Positions 48,522-57,804 of a stretch of 64,000 nt of DNA are shown here, in pieces. A program made the translations under genes and the position numbers. Origin of the DNA: a virus (taxonomy: Duplodnaviria > Caudoviricetes); IMG/VR virus record IMGVR_UViG_3300028591_000094, positions 104,083 through 168,082 of that record; one strand, 5' to 3'. The notes beneath the pieces were generated by a model. It was not told the DNA's origin and made no database searches. It saw only the letters and a program-made list of their open reading frames with translations. Position 1 is the stretch's first letter, and every line of letters starts with the position of its first letter.

Positions 48522-51425
48522 TTATACAGCTCCCCAGTTGAATTCGGTTGATGACGCACTTGTTGACAATTCGCTAGTCATTTTTGCTGCCAATTCACTT
48601 GCCAGCTGGCGTGCAAACAGGTCTTTTGTCTTAATGTCGTCAAGTATATTATATGAACGACCGTTTTCGTTGAGTTTGATTTCCCCAGCAACCTGTATCT
48701 TAATATCATTGGAGCCAGCCTTTCTGACCGAACCATTCTGCTTGACATAGGAACCAATTTCCTTGATTTCCCCGAAGATACCCTTAAATAAAACGTCGAT
48801 TGGTCCTCCGCTCTTCGCAAACATAAACTGGTCTTTCGGGTCTGGGTGTATTGTGTAAGGTTGTTGGAAATCACCAATACCATCTTCAGTTTCAGTCACT
48901 ACGGTCGGTGTATTGGAATTAGATTTGGTTCCATTGCCAGGTATGACACTGTCAATTCTTTTGCTTAAGTCGCCAAGTGATTTATCTAATTTAGTAAACG
49001 CCGCAGTTGTTGTGTCGACCGCACCGCTTAGTCCTGAAAAAGCTGTTGTATTGTCTTTTCCGTCTCCACTAAACCAGCCTTTAGCATTATCCAATAATTT
49101 ACCGAAAAAATTTTTACTAGTTTCTTCTAGTTTTTCACCCGTTGCTTTAATATTTTTACTAGTTTCTTCAATTTGGCTAACAGTTTCTTTTATAACTTGA
49201 TTATAATCAACCGTACCAATCACCTTATTCATTACAAAATCATTAAGAGCTTCTACACCTTTTGGAAATTCTACCATTGCTTTGTAGAATGTGTCATTCA
49301 CACCAACTTTTTGCATAGCATTCAGGAAGCCTTGCATGATATTATCCAAAAGTCGTTCACCTTCTCCACCAAATACCTGCGCCGACAATTCTAATTGTCT
49401 TCTGTTTGCTTCGGTCATATAGTTAGTTGTTTTTCCGTAAGTCTTAACTATATTCCCCATGTTTTTGTTATAGAAACTCCTGTAATCCTCAGTCTGGGTT
49501 GAAATTGCCGCCTTGTTTATATCTTCGGTTTGCACACCGATTCTTGCAGCAATTGCTTTCTGAACATTCAACATTCTTTCTTCATACCCTAAGGATTTCT
49601 GTGCTACCGCCAGCATTGCTTCTTCGTTATCCTCTGGTAATATGTTTTGAAGCATTTCTGGATGTTCGACAAGCGTCCTCATATCAAGGGTTTTATTGTC
49701 TAAAGTTTTTACTTCCCATCTGCCTTCTTTTTGGTTATATGTAGCTCTGTTACCAATTGCTCTCTTTGTTTCATCGTCCAGTCCATACCCTTTCAGCTCG
49801 CGGTTGATTATACCTTGTTTGTTATTCTGGCGAATCATGTTCTTAACTTCCTTATCGTCCATACCGAGAGCGGCAGCACGCTGTTTAATCATGTAATTCT
49901 CATACCAACTGAACTCTGTCTCACCAGTTCTTTTGTTGAATGTGCCAGTGAGGTCGTTGAACATGTTAGCCATGCGATGAGCCATATCGCCTACGTCGGC
50001 GCCAGCATCATAAAGCATGCCGAGAGGGTCGGAATATATTGCAGCCGAACCACCGAGAACCTGAAGTTTGGCTGAAGTTTCTAGAGCGTCGGATAGATTA
50101 GCACTTGTTAGTTTGTCGCTGAACGATGTGGCTGATTGTAGATTAAAACGTGTCTGGTTTGCCCACTGTGTTAACTTCATCATATTTTCCACGCCACCCT
50201 TGAAGTTGTATTTCTGAGCAAGTTGTAAATTGTTAACTAAATCTTTACTGAACTTCGAGGCTGAAAGTCCCATCTTTGTGATTGTATGATACATCCCCTG
50301 CATCATATCTCCAGCACTGTCGATGGATGTGTTAAATACATTCATTCCACCATATAGCTGTGCTGCTTCACCCTGTGACATACCAAACAAACGTTCTGTT
50401 CCAGCTATAACTTCCTGTCCACTCAGACCTAGTAATACATTACGCTCAGATGCGTCGCCGTATTGTCTTTGTGCTTCAATTAAATCAGTAACATTTTTAC
50501 CAAAAATCTCACCCATATGTTCACCCATTGCCATCATAGCAGTGGTATAAGCCTCGCCCTGGTTACCATAATAACCCATCGTTATGGCTAACTTGCGTGA
50601 AGCTGTATCAACTTTCATCCAAGTTTCCTGTGTAGTTTGAACTAACTGTAACCATGGGTCTAACATTGACTGTGCTTGTTGAAGGAGTTTTTCAGTTATC
50701 TCGTTCGCAGCCTGCATTTGTGAAAGTTGTAACTTTTTCTGTTCAATATCAAGCTGCATTTGTGCATTTAACGCAGTGGCAAATGCACTGGCAGCAGTTT
50801 TTGACATTCCAGCCAGGTTTCCACTAATAAATCCACTTAGTTCACCAGTAATACCCGCCAAAGTTTTATCACCAAACATTGATGCTATACCTGTAATAGC
50901 TTCACTACTTAATGAAGCTGTGGTGTCAGCGACAGTATCAACAACAGCAACGGCAGCTCCAGTAAGACCATTCACTATTGTCGCCATTGTTGTTTTGACA
51001 CCGATTTGAGCGCTGAGATTAGCTGCTTTAATACTATTTTGCATTTTAACGTTTGCTAAAACGTTCTCTTGCATCATTCTAGTATTTTCGAAAGCTAACT
51101 GGTTGGCTGTCTTAGTAAAGCCACCAGTTATTGTCTTCATACTATTACCAATAACTTGTTGTGCATAATCCAGTTCACTGGATAATATGGCTTTACGGCG
51201 CTCAAATTCAACCCGATTAAGTTCAACTATTGTTTTTTCAAACGAATAAACAACGGTGATTATTTTATTTATCACCCCGCTTGCTTTATCATAAAAATTT
51301 TCAACCTTAGACTGTACCATACTGGCAGCCTGATGTCCGTATTCGCTCGTAGATACGTTCGGGTCGCCTTTTTGTTGAGTTAATATATCCTCTATTTCAT
51401 TCCAACTATGTGAATTGTTTGCCAT
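48522..51425 (-). CDS. Tape measure protein
   Basis: 967 aa, Ala/Gln/Met-rich helical character; lies after the tail chaperones and before baseplate genes. Confidence 0.75.
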   Translation of the reverse strand: MANNSHSWNEIEDILTQQKGDPNVSTSEYGHQAASMVQSKVENFYDKASGVINKIITVVYSFEKTIVELNRVEFERRKAILSSELDYAQQVIGNSMKTITGGFTKTANQLAFENTRMMQENVLANVKMQNSIKAANLSAQIGVKTTMATIVNGLTGAAVAVVDTVADTTASLSSEAITGIASMFGDKTLAGITGELSGFISGNLAGMSKTAASAFATALNAQMQLDIEQKKLQLSQMQAANEITEKLLQQAQSMLDPWLQLVQTTQETWMKVDTASRKLAITMGYYGNQGEAYTTAMMAMGEHMGEIFGKNVTDLIEAQRQYGDASERNVLLGLSGQEVIAGTERLFGMSQGEAAQLYGGMNVFNTSIDSAGDMMQGMYHTITKMGLSASKFSKDLVNNLQLAQKYNFKGGVENMMKLTQWANQTRFNLQSATSFSDKLTSANLSDALETSAKLQVLGGSAAIYSDPLGMLYDAGADVGDMAHRMANMFNDLTGTFNKRTGETEFSWYENYMIKQRAAALGMDDKEVKNMIRQNNKQGIINRELKGYGLDDETKRAIGNRATYNQKEGRWEVKTLDNKTLDMRTLVEHPEMLQNILPEDNEEAMLAVAQKSLGYEERMLNVQKAIAARIGVQTEDINKAAISTQTEDYRSFYNKNMGNIVKTYGKTTNYMTEANRRQLELSAQVFGGEGERLLDNIMQGFLNAMQKVGVNDTFYKAMVEFPKGVEALNDFVMNKVIGTVDYNQVIKETVSQIEETSKNIKATGEKLEETSKNFFGKLLDNAKGWFSGDGKDNTTAFSGLSGAVDTTTAAFTKLDKSLGDLSKRIDSVIPGNGTKSNSNTPTVVTETEDGIGDFQQPYTIHPDPKDQFMFAKSGGPIDVLFKGIFGEIKEIGSYVKQNGSVRKAGSNDIKIQVAGEIKLNENGRSYNILDDIKTKDLFARQLASELAAKMTSELSTSASSTEFNWGAV

Positions 51426-51440
51426 AAGCCATTAAAAAAT

Positions 51441-51460
51441 TTTTCTATATATAAATATAA
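51441..51460 (-). promoter_or_regulatory. Candidate late promoter TTATATTTATATATAGAAAA
   Basis: TATTTAT core shared with about 12 other upstream regions; 20-bp exact copy at 63661-63680. Confidence 0.6.
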
Positions 51461-51472
51461 GGGCGCCAGTTT

Positions 51473-51646
51473 TTAATGTGCGCCCTTATATTGTTCCTTC
51501 TCCTCCTGAGCCAGTTTGTTGTGGAGCTGGATGTACCCGCGTCGGTCTGCTACAGACATATTGTAAATTTCATCCATCGACAAATCCATATATTTGTGAG
51601 CTCTCCATATTTCCTCCTTTAATTGTTTCTCGTAGTCGCTATACAT
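51473..51646 (-). CDS. Small tail/baseplate assembly chaperone (gp51-like short protein)
   Basis: MYSDYEKQLKEEIW..LSMDEIYNMSVADRRGYI; the ATG at 51646 overlaps the upstream TAG (ATGTATAG). Confidence 0.6.
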   Translation of the reverse strand: MYSDYEKQLKEEIWRAHKYMDLSMDEIYNMSVADRRGYIQLHNKLAQEEKEQYKGAH

Positions 51647-53270
51647 TAATGAAAAGAGTTTCGCTGAGTCCAAGAAAGGTTTCAAACGAGCCACCTCCCT
51701 CTGACTCAGGAATATTTACCGTTATTTTGAAATCCATACCAGGAATATTTTCATTAATATATTCACGGTATTTCTTAGCTTCGTTAGCCCTCATGTTTTC
51801 AATGTACTGTTTAATAAAGGCTTGGTCTGTGTTACCGTTGACCGAGACAGTGTTGGCAATCATTCGGTTGGTAACCGCGGTGTTATATAGAGCGTCAGTC
51901 TTCACGTTTTCAACGACCGCTATGTTTTCCGCCCATTCCTGTACGCCTTTCATTGTGTTATAGACGGTTTCAAGTTCCTCTGTGTTGTCACCGTCGGAAA
52001 TCATAGCCAGGTTGTCGAGAATCTTGTTGCAATAAACCGTAATGTCGTGTGCATTTGTCTCGTTGTACATCTTCTTGATGTTTTCAACGAGTATCTCCTC
52101 CTCACCGTGTGAAAGAATCTTGTACTTGATTTTATCCCCGTTGGTGGTTATATAATCAAACAAGCCGTTTTCGTCGCCTTTCAACTTAAACTCCTTGTAT
52201 TTAAGCTTGGATAAATCAACCGACGACTGGAATTGTTTTCCGTTATGGGTTGCAATAATTGGGTAGTCGCTTCCATAAGCCGTAGCGCGGAGCCATACAA
52301 GTATAGCATCGCGGTCGCCGTTACACAAATCTCTTACATGAATACGTTTGTCTAGAATTTTTCTCTCCAATATTATGTCTATCAAACTTCCATTGTTGTA
52401 GAGGTTCGGCGATGTGATAAGGTTTTCGTCGGCAGCTGTGAGATACGCCACTGGTATTGCCTTCTGCTTGTTTGGATAACATTCACCATTGGACGGAAGT
52501 GGGATTACATCATACTGTACATAACTTGGAATCTCTCTCGGGTCGAATCCAATGCACTCGTTGAGTTTCTCCTTGTTAAACGAAAGTGTCGGATTGACAT
52601 CCTCGATGGATGAAATCTTGTCTGTTGTCTTAATCATCTCTTCCGACATTTTAATCTCAGGTTTTTTCTGAGTTGGGAGTGTAGACTGAGGCTGTGGTTC
52701 GGCAATGTGAATCTGCGGAAGATTATCCTCGTTCTTGCGTTTTTCAAGCAGTTTCTGGAATTCATCGTCAGTCATAGGCTTGCTGTCTGGGGTTGACGCC
52801 TCAACGGTAGTACCGCCGTTTGCCTTGTTTTTATTTAAATTGAAAAGTTTTTCTTTTAACAGTTCCATCTTGGTTTTCGGTTTTTCCTCAACAGCAATCT
52901 CGGCTGTGATGCCCATTTCTTTTGAAATATCCTTTTGATGGATTTGTTCGTCTGTAAGACCGCGCTTAACCAGACGTTGTTTGTATTCTTCGACAACTTG
53001 AGGGTCAACCTCATTATATTTTGCGCTCTCAATTTCAGTTTGTGATGCCCTAAGATAGCTGCCACCCTTTTCAATATTTTGTCTCTTGGCAAAATCGATA
53101 TCTCTCAGAAGGTCTTTTGTTTGGTCACTGTTTTCACCGTAATGTTTTATCACAGTCTCCTTGGCCTCCTCGAGCATTTCATTTGAAGCTCTCAATTGAG
53201 CTATCTGTTTTTCGCGCACACGTCTTCTCTCTTCCAACTCTCGCTGTTGTTCTTCTTTATTTTTTCCCAT
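51639..53270 (-). CDS. Baseplate hub assembly chaperone (T4 gp26-like) with a long charged N-terminal extension
   Basis: IPLPSNG..Y..VAYLTAADENLI..LCNGDRDAILVWLRATAYG. Confidence 0.65.
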   Translation of the reverse strand: MGKNKEEQQRELEERRRVREKQIAQLRASNEMLEEAKETVIKHYGENSDQTKDLLRDIDFAKRQNIEKGGSYLRASQTEIESAKYNEVDPQVVEEYKQRLVKRGLTDEQIHQKDISKEMGITAEIAVEEKPKTKMELLKEKLFNLNKNKANGGTTVEASTPDSKPMTDDEFQKLLEKRKNEDNLPQIHIAEPQPQSTLPTQKKPEIKMSEEMIKTTDKISSIEDVNPTLSFNKEKLNECIGFDPREIPSYVQYDVIPLPSNGECYPNKQKAIPVAYLTAADENLITSPNLYNNGSLIDIILERKILDKRIHVRDLCNGDRDAILVWLRATAYGSDYPIIATHNGKQFQSSVDLSKLKYKEFKLKGDENGLFDYITTNGDKIKYKILSHGEEEILVENIKKMYNETNAHDITVYCNKILDNLAMISDGDNTEELETVYNTMKGVQEWAENIAVVENVKTDALYNTAVTNRMIANTVSVNGNTDQAFIKQYIENMRANEAKKYREYINENIPGMDFKITVNIPESEGGGSFETFLGLSETLFINV

Positions 53271-53275
53271 GACTA

Positions 53276-53890
53276 TTATTTGGTTAAGAATATTATTTCC
53301 TCCACAAGGAATGCAAATGTGTGGTTGTTTACAATGTCAACCATCTTTGTATTTTTAAGCAACGCGCTTGAAGAACTGTCCTTAAACTTCAGTTTCAAGT
53401 CGCGTTTGGTGTATCCCGCCACTCTCTGTTCGTCGGTTAAATCTGGTGCCAGATTGATTTTTCTGGTTTCCCTTTTCCAAGCCTTAATTTCAGGCTCCAG
53501 TTCCTCGTTTTTTTCATATATCGGCAATTGAAGGTCGATAATGAACATCTCGCCAGTCTGGTAATAGTTGATAAGAGTGTCAATATCCATCTCCCTGTTA
53601 TTCATATCACGGATAAACGCCAACGTTTCCGCCATATACACCCCCTGCTGTTTGAAGTTGGTTTTCTCCTTGGCACCCTCGTTGTTGATTGCCAAGTTTT
53701 GACCTAGTCTATGAATGTTTCTGTTGATTATGGGTTTATACGTCTGGTAAACCGACACCATCTTCTTATTATAGTTAGCCATATTCTGGCGCCATTTTGC
53801 ATAGTCTTCCACCGCGCCGATTTCCTCACCGCAGTCGAAATCATGGTCGGGGTCTGAATAATTATACGGTACTAATAATGTTGCTTCCAT
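53276..53890 (-). CDS. Hypothetical protein
   Basis: 204-aa ORF. Confidence 0.7.
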   Translation of the reverse strand: MEATLLVPYNYSDPDHDFDCGEEIGAVEDYAKWRQNMANYNKKMVSVYQTYKPIINRNIHRLGQNLAINNEGAKEKTNFKQQGVYMAETLAFIRDMNNREMDIDTLINYYQTGEMFIIDLQLPIYEKNEELEPEIKAWKRETRKINLAPDLTDEQRVAGYTKRDLKLKFKDSSSSALLKNTKMVDIVNNHTFAFLVEEIIFLTK

Positions 53891-53953
53891 TAAATCGTTG
53901 ATATATAATGTTAATTAACTATAATATATATAATCACGTTGAAAATTTCAAAA

Positions 53954-54533
53954 TCAATGAGGCTTTTTCCTGTTTTCTACAATTCTCTTTTTTTTCTCAC
54001 CATTCTCGATGTATTTGTTCAGTTCTTCGAAAACCTTTTTTGGATTCTTTCTTATGTCATATTCCCATATTCTCAATAAAGGAATGCCGTGCAGGTCACA
54101 CCACTTGTCTTTCAAAAAATCCACAAATTTATTATGTTTCTGCATCGGGTTGAGTTTCTTTTCACCGATGACACGGGGGTCGGAGTGGTATTGTTTACCA
54201 GTAACCCCCATCAATTTCTAGTATGAAACTAATCGGTACATTTTGTTTCTCCTGTTTTATACACTCTATACCGTCCTTGTTTTCCATTATAAACGGAATA
54301 TTATCGTAGGCTGTGACGGCAAAGTCGAAAAAACGCCCAATATCCTTAGCTTCATATTGATAAATGTATTTAAGATTCAATTTATCCAGAAACTCATGAG
54401 CAAAATCGACTTCCAGCTGAGATGTACCGTACTTCTGTTGTTTCCGATTTGTTTGATGGGAGTTACCAGTTTTTGGTTTTTTTATATTTTTATTATTAAC
54501 TTTAATTGTATTTTTAATTGGTTGTTTTCTCAT
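53954..54533 (-). pseudogene. Vsr/DUF559-like endonuclease gene split by a 10-nt interruption
   Basis: 5' ORF ends LEIDGGYW*; after TAAACAATAC (54188-54197) the +1 frame continues HSDPR..DFLKDKWCDLHGIPLLRIWEYDI. Confidence 0.7.
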
Positions 54534-55440
54534 GTATTTTAGTTATAATATCATTAATGTTATAATTTTTCTTGGTTATATAAATAATTTCAATGCCATG
54601 TTCATTACACAACTGTTTTTTTATTTCGTCTCTGTTTTTTCTTACTATATAATCTGCCATACCGCCAAAACGTTTTATGGGTAGATAATGTTGTTCTCCT
54701 TGTACTTCTATTGCTATGTTATAGTCTGGTAAAAAGAAATCTAAATATAGATTTTTTTTATATTTTAGCCAAGAAAATGTTTTTTGTCTTTCAATTTTTA
54801 TGCACATATCACTTAATTGTAATCCAATATTCTCTTCCATCTGACTTTTATTTCCACTGTTACACCTTGGGCATCCTGCTCCGTTTAAATGATTCCTTGC
54901 GCTTTGATAGAATTCCCCGTGTTCGTGTTCATTTTTATCTAACACATGGCATATAATCAAAACTTTATTAGCGGCACCTGTATAATTACATTTACTGTAA
55001 TCATATTTGTTATTATGTACTTTTTGACATTCTTGAATAAACTGGTCATTTGATTTAAGTATATTTCCTGCACATAATTGGCATCCATATCCACTTAGTA
55101 AATCATTTGGTCTCGAATAAAACTCACCATGTTCAGGACAACTAACACAAACCTTTGTTTTGTTATTTATATATTCAACCTTAGAATAATCATAATCAGG
55201 GAACTTTTGTTTACATTTTTTAATAAATTCATCTTTATTACTGCGTGTTACACCCTTACATATTGAACAACCATGACCTTGTAAATGGTCAGCAGGGCGC
55301 TCCCAGAACTCACCGTGTTTAGGGCAAATAATACATACTTTAGTTGTTGAGTTAATGTATTTCACCTTTGAATAATCATACTTATTCCCATGCACCTTTT
55401 GCGCTTTTTCAATAAACTCTTCTGTTGTAAGTTTTTTCAT
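54514..55440 (-). CDS. Hef-like free-standing homing endonuclease (three DUF723-like Zn repeats plus a DUF559/PD-(D/E)xK-like nuclease)
   Basis: 3x (E/Q)FI...YDYSK..Y.....KV.(I/V).C...HGEF......HL/LL.G.GC..C; LDFFLPDYNIAIEVQGEQHY; RDEIKKQLCNEHGIEII; markedly AT-rich; likely start at ATG 55440. Confidence 0.8.
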   Translation of the reverse strand: MKKLTTEEFIEKAQKVHGNKYDYSKVKYINSTTKVCIICPKHGEFWERPADHLQGHGCSICKGVTRSNKDEFIKKCKQKFPDYDYSKVEYINNKTKVCVSCPEHGEFYSRPNDLLSGYGCQLCAGNILKSNDQFIQECQKVHNNKYDYSKCNYTGAANKVLIICHVLDKNEHEHGEFYQSARNHLNGAGCPRCNSGNKSQMEENIGLQLSDMCIKIERQKTFSWLKYKKNLYLDFFLPDYNIAIEVQGEQHYLPIKRFGGMADYIVRKNRDEIKKQLCNEHGIEIIYITKKNYNINDIITKIHEKTTN

Positions 55441-55483
55441 TGTGTTTTTTAATATATTTATAAATATCAACAATTTAAAATAT

Positions 55484-55844
55484 TTATAATCCGCCGTCAA
55501 CCTCAACCATAAAACTGATTGGCACATTTTGTTTCTCCTGTCTTATACACTCTATTCCATCCTTATTTTCCATAATAAACGGAACGTTATCATAGGCTGT
55601 GACAGCAAAGTCGAAAAAACGCCCGATATCCTTAGCTTCATACTGATAAATGTATTTAAGTTTCAGTTTATCCAGAAACTCACGGGCAAAGTCGACTTCC
55701 AGCTGAGATGTACCGTACTTCTGCTTTTTGTGGTTTGATTGACGGTGGCTACCAGTTTTGGAACTCTTCGTTTTTTTCTAATTATTTGTCTTTTTAACGT
55801 CGGTAAAATTTACGACCGTTTTTTTTTATCGGCTGTTTCCTCAT
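55484..55844 (-). pseudogene. Degenerate second copy of the 5' half of the Vsr/DUF559-like gene
   Basis: MRKQPIK...QKYGTSQLEVDFAREFLDKL...VEVDGGL*; colinear with 54204-54436 at a 1286-bp offset; A9 frameshift and an in-frame TAG near the start. Confidence 0.8.
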
Positions 55845-55941
55845 ACCATGTCTATTAAGTTTCTCTGAAATAATTAGTCAATTTTTCAAATGTAATATAT
55901 TTATTAATATAAAATAACGCAAATTAAACTAGTTTAAAAAT

Positions 55942-56334
55942 ATGAATAAGAATAACGATTCAAGAGTCATACTCGACGAAATGAGAAGACTGCTTAATAT
56001 GCCAACCAAGAAAAGACTTACCCTTGAAGGTATTGTTTTCGGCGAGGACGGTGAAGAAATGATGGGTGACGAACAGGGTCTCGAAGGATTGGGCGGTGAC
56101 TCCGCAGCTGGCGCTCAGGAGAACCCAGCAATGCAAATGAATGCTACCACTGAGGAAAACCCCCTGGACGGTGACCCAGAAATAACCAATCTTATTACAC
56201 AGATTCGCGTTATGACACTCCAAGGTTTAACCAAGCTTGCTGAAAACCCAGAGTCTGCTCAGTATGAACTTCTGAAAAAAATCTTCCTGATGGTCGATAA
56301 AGCCGTTGAAGAAAAAGTTGACCCTGAAAAATAA
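55942..56334 (+). CDS. Acidic hypothetical protein
   Basis: 130 aa; TATTTAT at 55898-55904 on the + strand. Confidence 0.75.
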   Translation: MNKNNDSRVILDEMRRLLNMPTKKRLTLEGIVFGEDGEEMMGDEQGLEGLGGDSAAGAQENPAMQMNATTEENPLDGDPEITNLITQIRVMTLQGLTKLAENPESAQYELLKKIFLMVDKAVEEKVDPEK

Positions 56335-56383
56335 TTTTCAAGATATTTATAATAAAGAATAAGTAATTAATTATCAGAAATAT

Positions 56384-56875
56384 ATGGCACAAGATTTGTT
56401 GATTAAAGCCCCCATCGTCTATGAGCTCCTCAGAAAAAATAGATTTTTGCTTCGCTTCCCTTCCGACCTCGGTATACAGGAATGGTGGGTTGCTTCAGCT
56501 GCACGTCCAGGTATTACACAGAATCCTGTTGAAATTCCTTTTATAAACACTTCCAACTATGTTATCGGTCGTTACAACTGGGATGAAATAAACGTCACGC
56601 TTCGCGACCCGATTGGACCTTCTGCATCGCAGGCTGTGATGGAGTGGGTACGTTTGCACTCCGAATCCGTCACTGGTCGTCAGGGTTATGCTGTTGCCTA
56701 CAAACGCGACCTTATTCTGGAAATGCTCGACCCAACAGGTACTGCAATTTCCCAGTGGATTATCAAGGAAGCTATGATTAGTTCATGTAAGTTCGGTAAC
56801 CTAGACTACAGTTCAGACGAGCTTGCAACAATCGAATTGACACTCCGTCCTTTCTATTGTATCCTTTGTTTCTAA
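56384..56875 (+). CDS. Tail tube protein (T4 gp19-like)
   Basis: KNRFLLRF..VASAARP..GRYNWDEINVTLRD..MEW..YKRDLILEMLDPTG..W.IKEA..FGNLDYSSDELATIELTL. Confidence 0.88.
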   Translation: MAQDLLIKAPIVYELLRKNRFLLRFPSDLGIQEWWVASAARPGITQNPVEIPFINTSNYVIGRYNWDEINVTLRDPIGPSASQAVMEWVRLHSESVTGRQGYAVAYKRDLILEMLDPTGTAISQWIIKEAMISSCKFGNLDYSSDELATIELTLRPFYCILCF

Positions 56876-56900
56876 GAATTATTCACACTTGACAATAAAA

Positions 56901-56937
56901 GAAAAAGACCTCTTTTATCAAGGGGTCTTTTTTTTTG
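56901..56937. terminator. Bidirectional terminator between convergent genes
   Basis: gaaaaagacctctt-ttatc-aaggggtcttttttttg. Confidence 0.8.
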
Positions 56938-56956
56938 CTATTTGTTTACAATAGTA

Positions 56957-57790
56957 TCATTCCCTTTCACACATTTCCCAATAATCCAGGTCGCCTTCTT
57001 TATGCCATTTTAAATACATTGGGTAATCTGGATTTAATTCTGTTAATACATTCATATACATAACAACATAATTGTCTTTGTATTCTTGCTGTACATGATG
57101 AGTGTCATTTGATTTTGCTGAAACATCACAATATTGCTGGTTATAAATAAAGCCTATTTCATTGGTATCAATCCAGAATTTCCGACAGCGGTGCATTAAA
57201 TTCAACATAAACACCTGGTCTTCACATACACAGTCAATAAAAGGATTTACCTTAACCAGTTCAGTCCGATAGACACAGCTGCTAAAATTTGGGAAACTCT
57301 GACTTTCTTTATAAATCTGTTTTATATTATATATGTTTTGATTGTCGAAATGGGCGTTGGTTTCAACTAGGTCACCTACATCATTTGTATCTCTACGAAT
57401 AAAAGACTCTCCGTATATATCGAAATCCGAGTGCTTCTGTAAAAAATCCAAACACCTATTGATGTGTTCGGGTATAAATTCGTCGTCGGCATCCAAAAAG
57501 GCTATATATTCCCCGTCAGCTAAACGAATGCCAACGTTTCTTGCATTCACAGGACCGTATTTCCCTTTATGCTGAATTCGGAAATATGTGAACACGTTCG
57601 GATATTTGTTTTCAAAATTTTTAGCTATTCCTGCGCTGCCGTCGGTTGATGCGTCGTCAATCAGTAGGGCTTCAACTTGGTGTCTGCAACAACTTACACT
57701 GTTTAAGACACTTGTTAAACTAGCTTCCAGTGAAGCGGCTTTGTTATATATCGGTATAACAATACAGATTTTATCCTTTATCAGTTCCAT
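56957..57790 (-). CDS. Glycosyltransferase family 2 (GT-A)
   Basis: IVIPIYN..LIDDASTDGS..ARNVGI..YIAFLDADD..CEDQ. Confidence 0.9.
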   Translation of the reverse strand: MELIKDKICIVIPIYNKAASLEASLTSVLNSVSCCRHQVEALLIDDASTDGSAGIAKNFENKYPNVFTYFRIQHKGKYGPVNARNVGIRLADGEYIAFLDADDEFIPEHINRCLDFLQKHSDFDIYGESFIRRDTNDVGDLVETNAHFDNQNIYNIKQIYKESQSFPNFSSCVYRTELVKVNPFIDCVCEDQVFMLNLMHRCRKFWIDTNEIGFIYNQQYCDVSAKSNDTHHVQQEYKDNYVVMYMNVLTELNPDYPMYLKWHKEGDLDYWEMCERE

Positions 57791-57804
57791 ACGTAAAATA
57801 TCGT

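Noticed and set aside
51639-51694. Lambda G/GT-type -1 frameshift between the tail chaperones
   Set aside because: The downstream ORF is in the +1 frame, there is no canonical slippery heptamer, and an overlapping ATG (ATGTATAG) explains it by translational coupling.
54188-55486. Group I intron spanning the endonuclease
   Set aside because: There is no room for a ribozyme core (non-coding parts are about 45 nt and 10 nt) and no terminal G at the candidate 3' junction.
55441-55527. N-terminal extension of the endonuclease ORF in the track
   Set aside because: It overlaps the pseudogene end and the promoter motif; the ATG at 55440 starts the first repeat.
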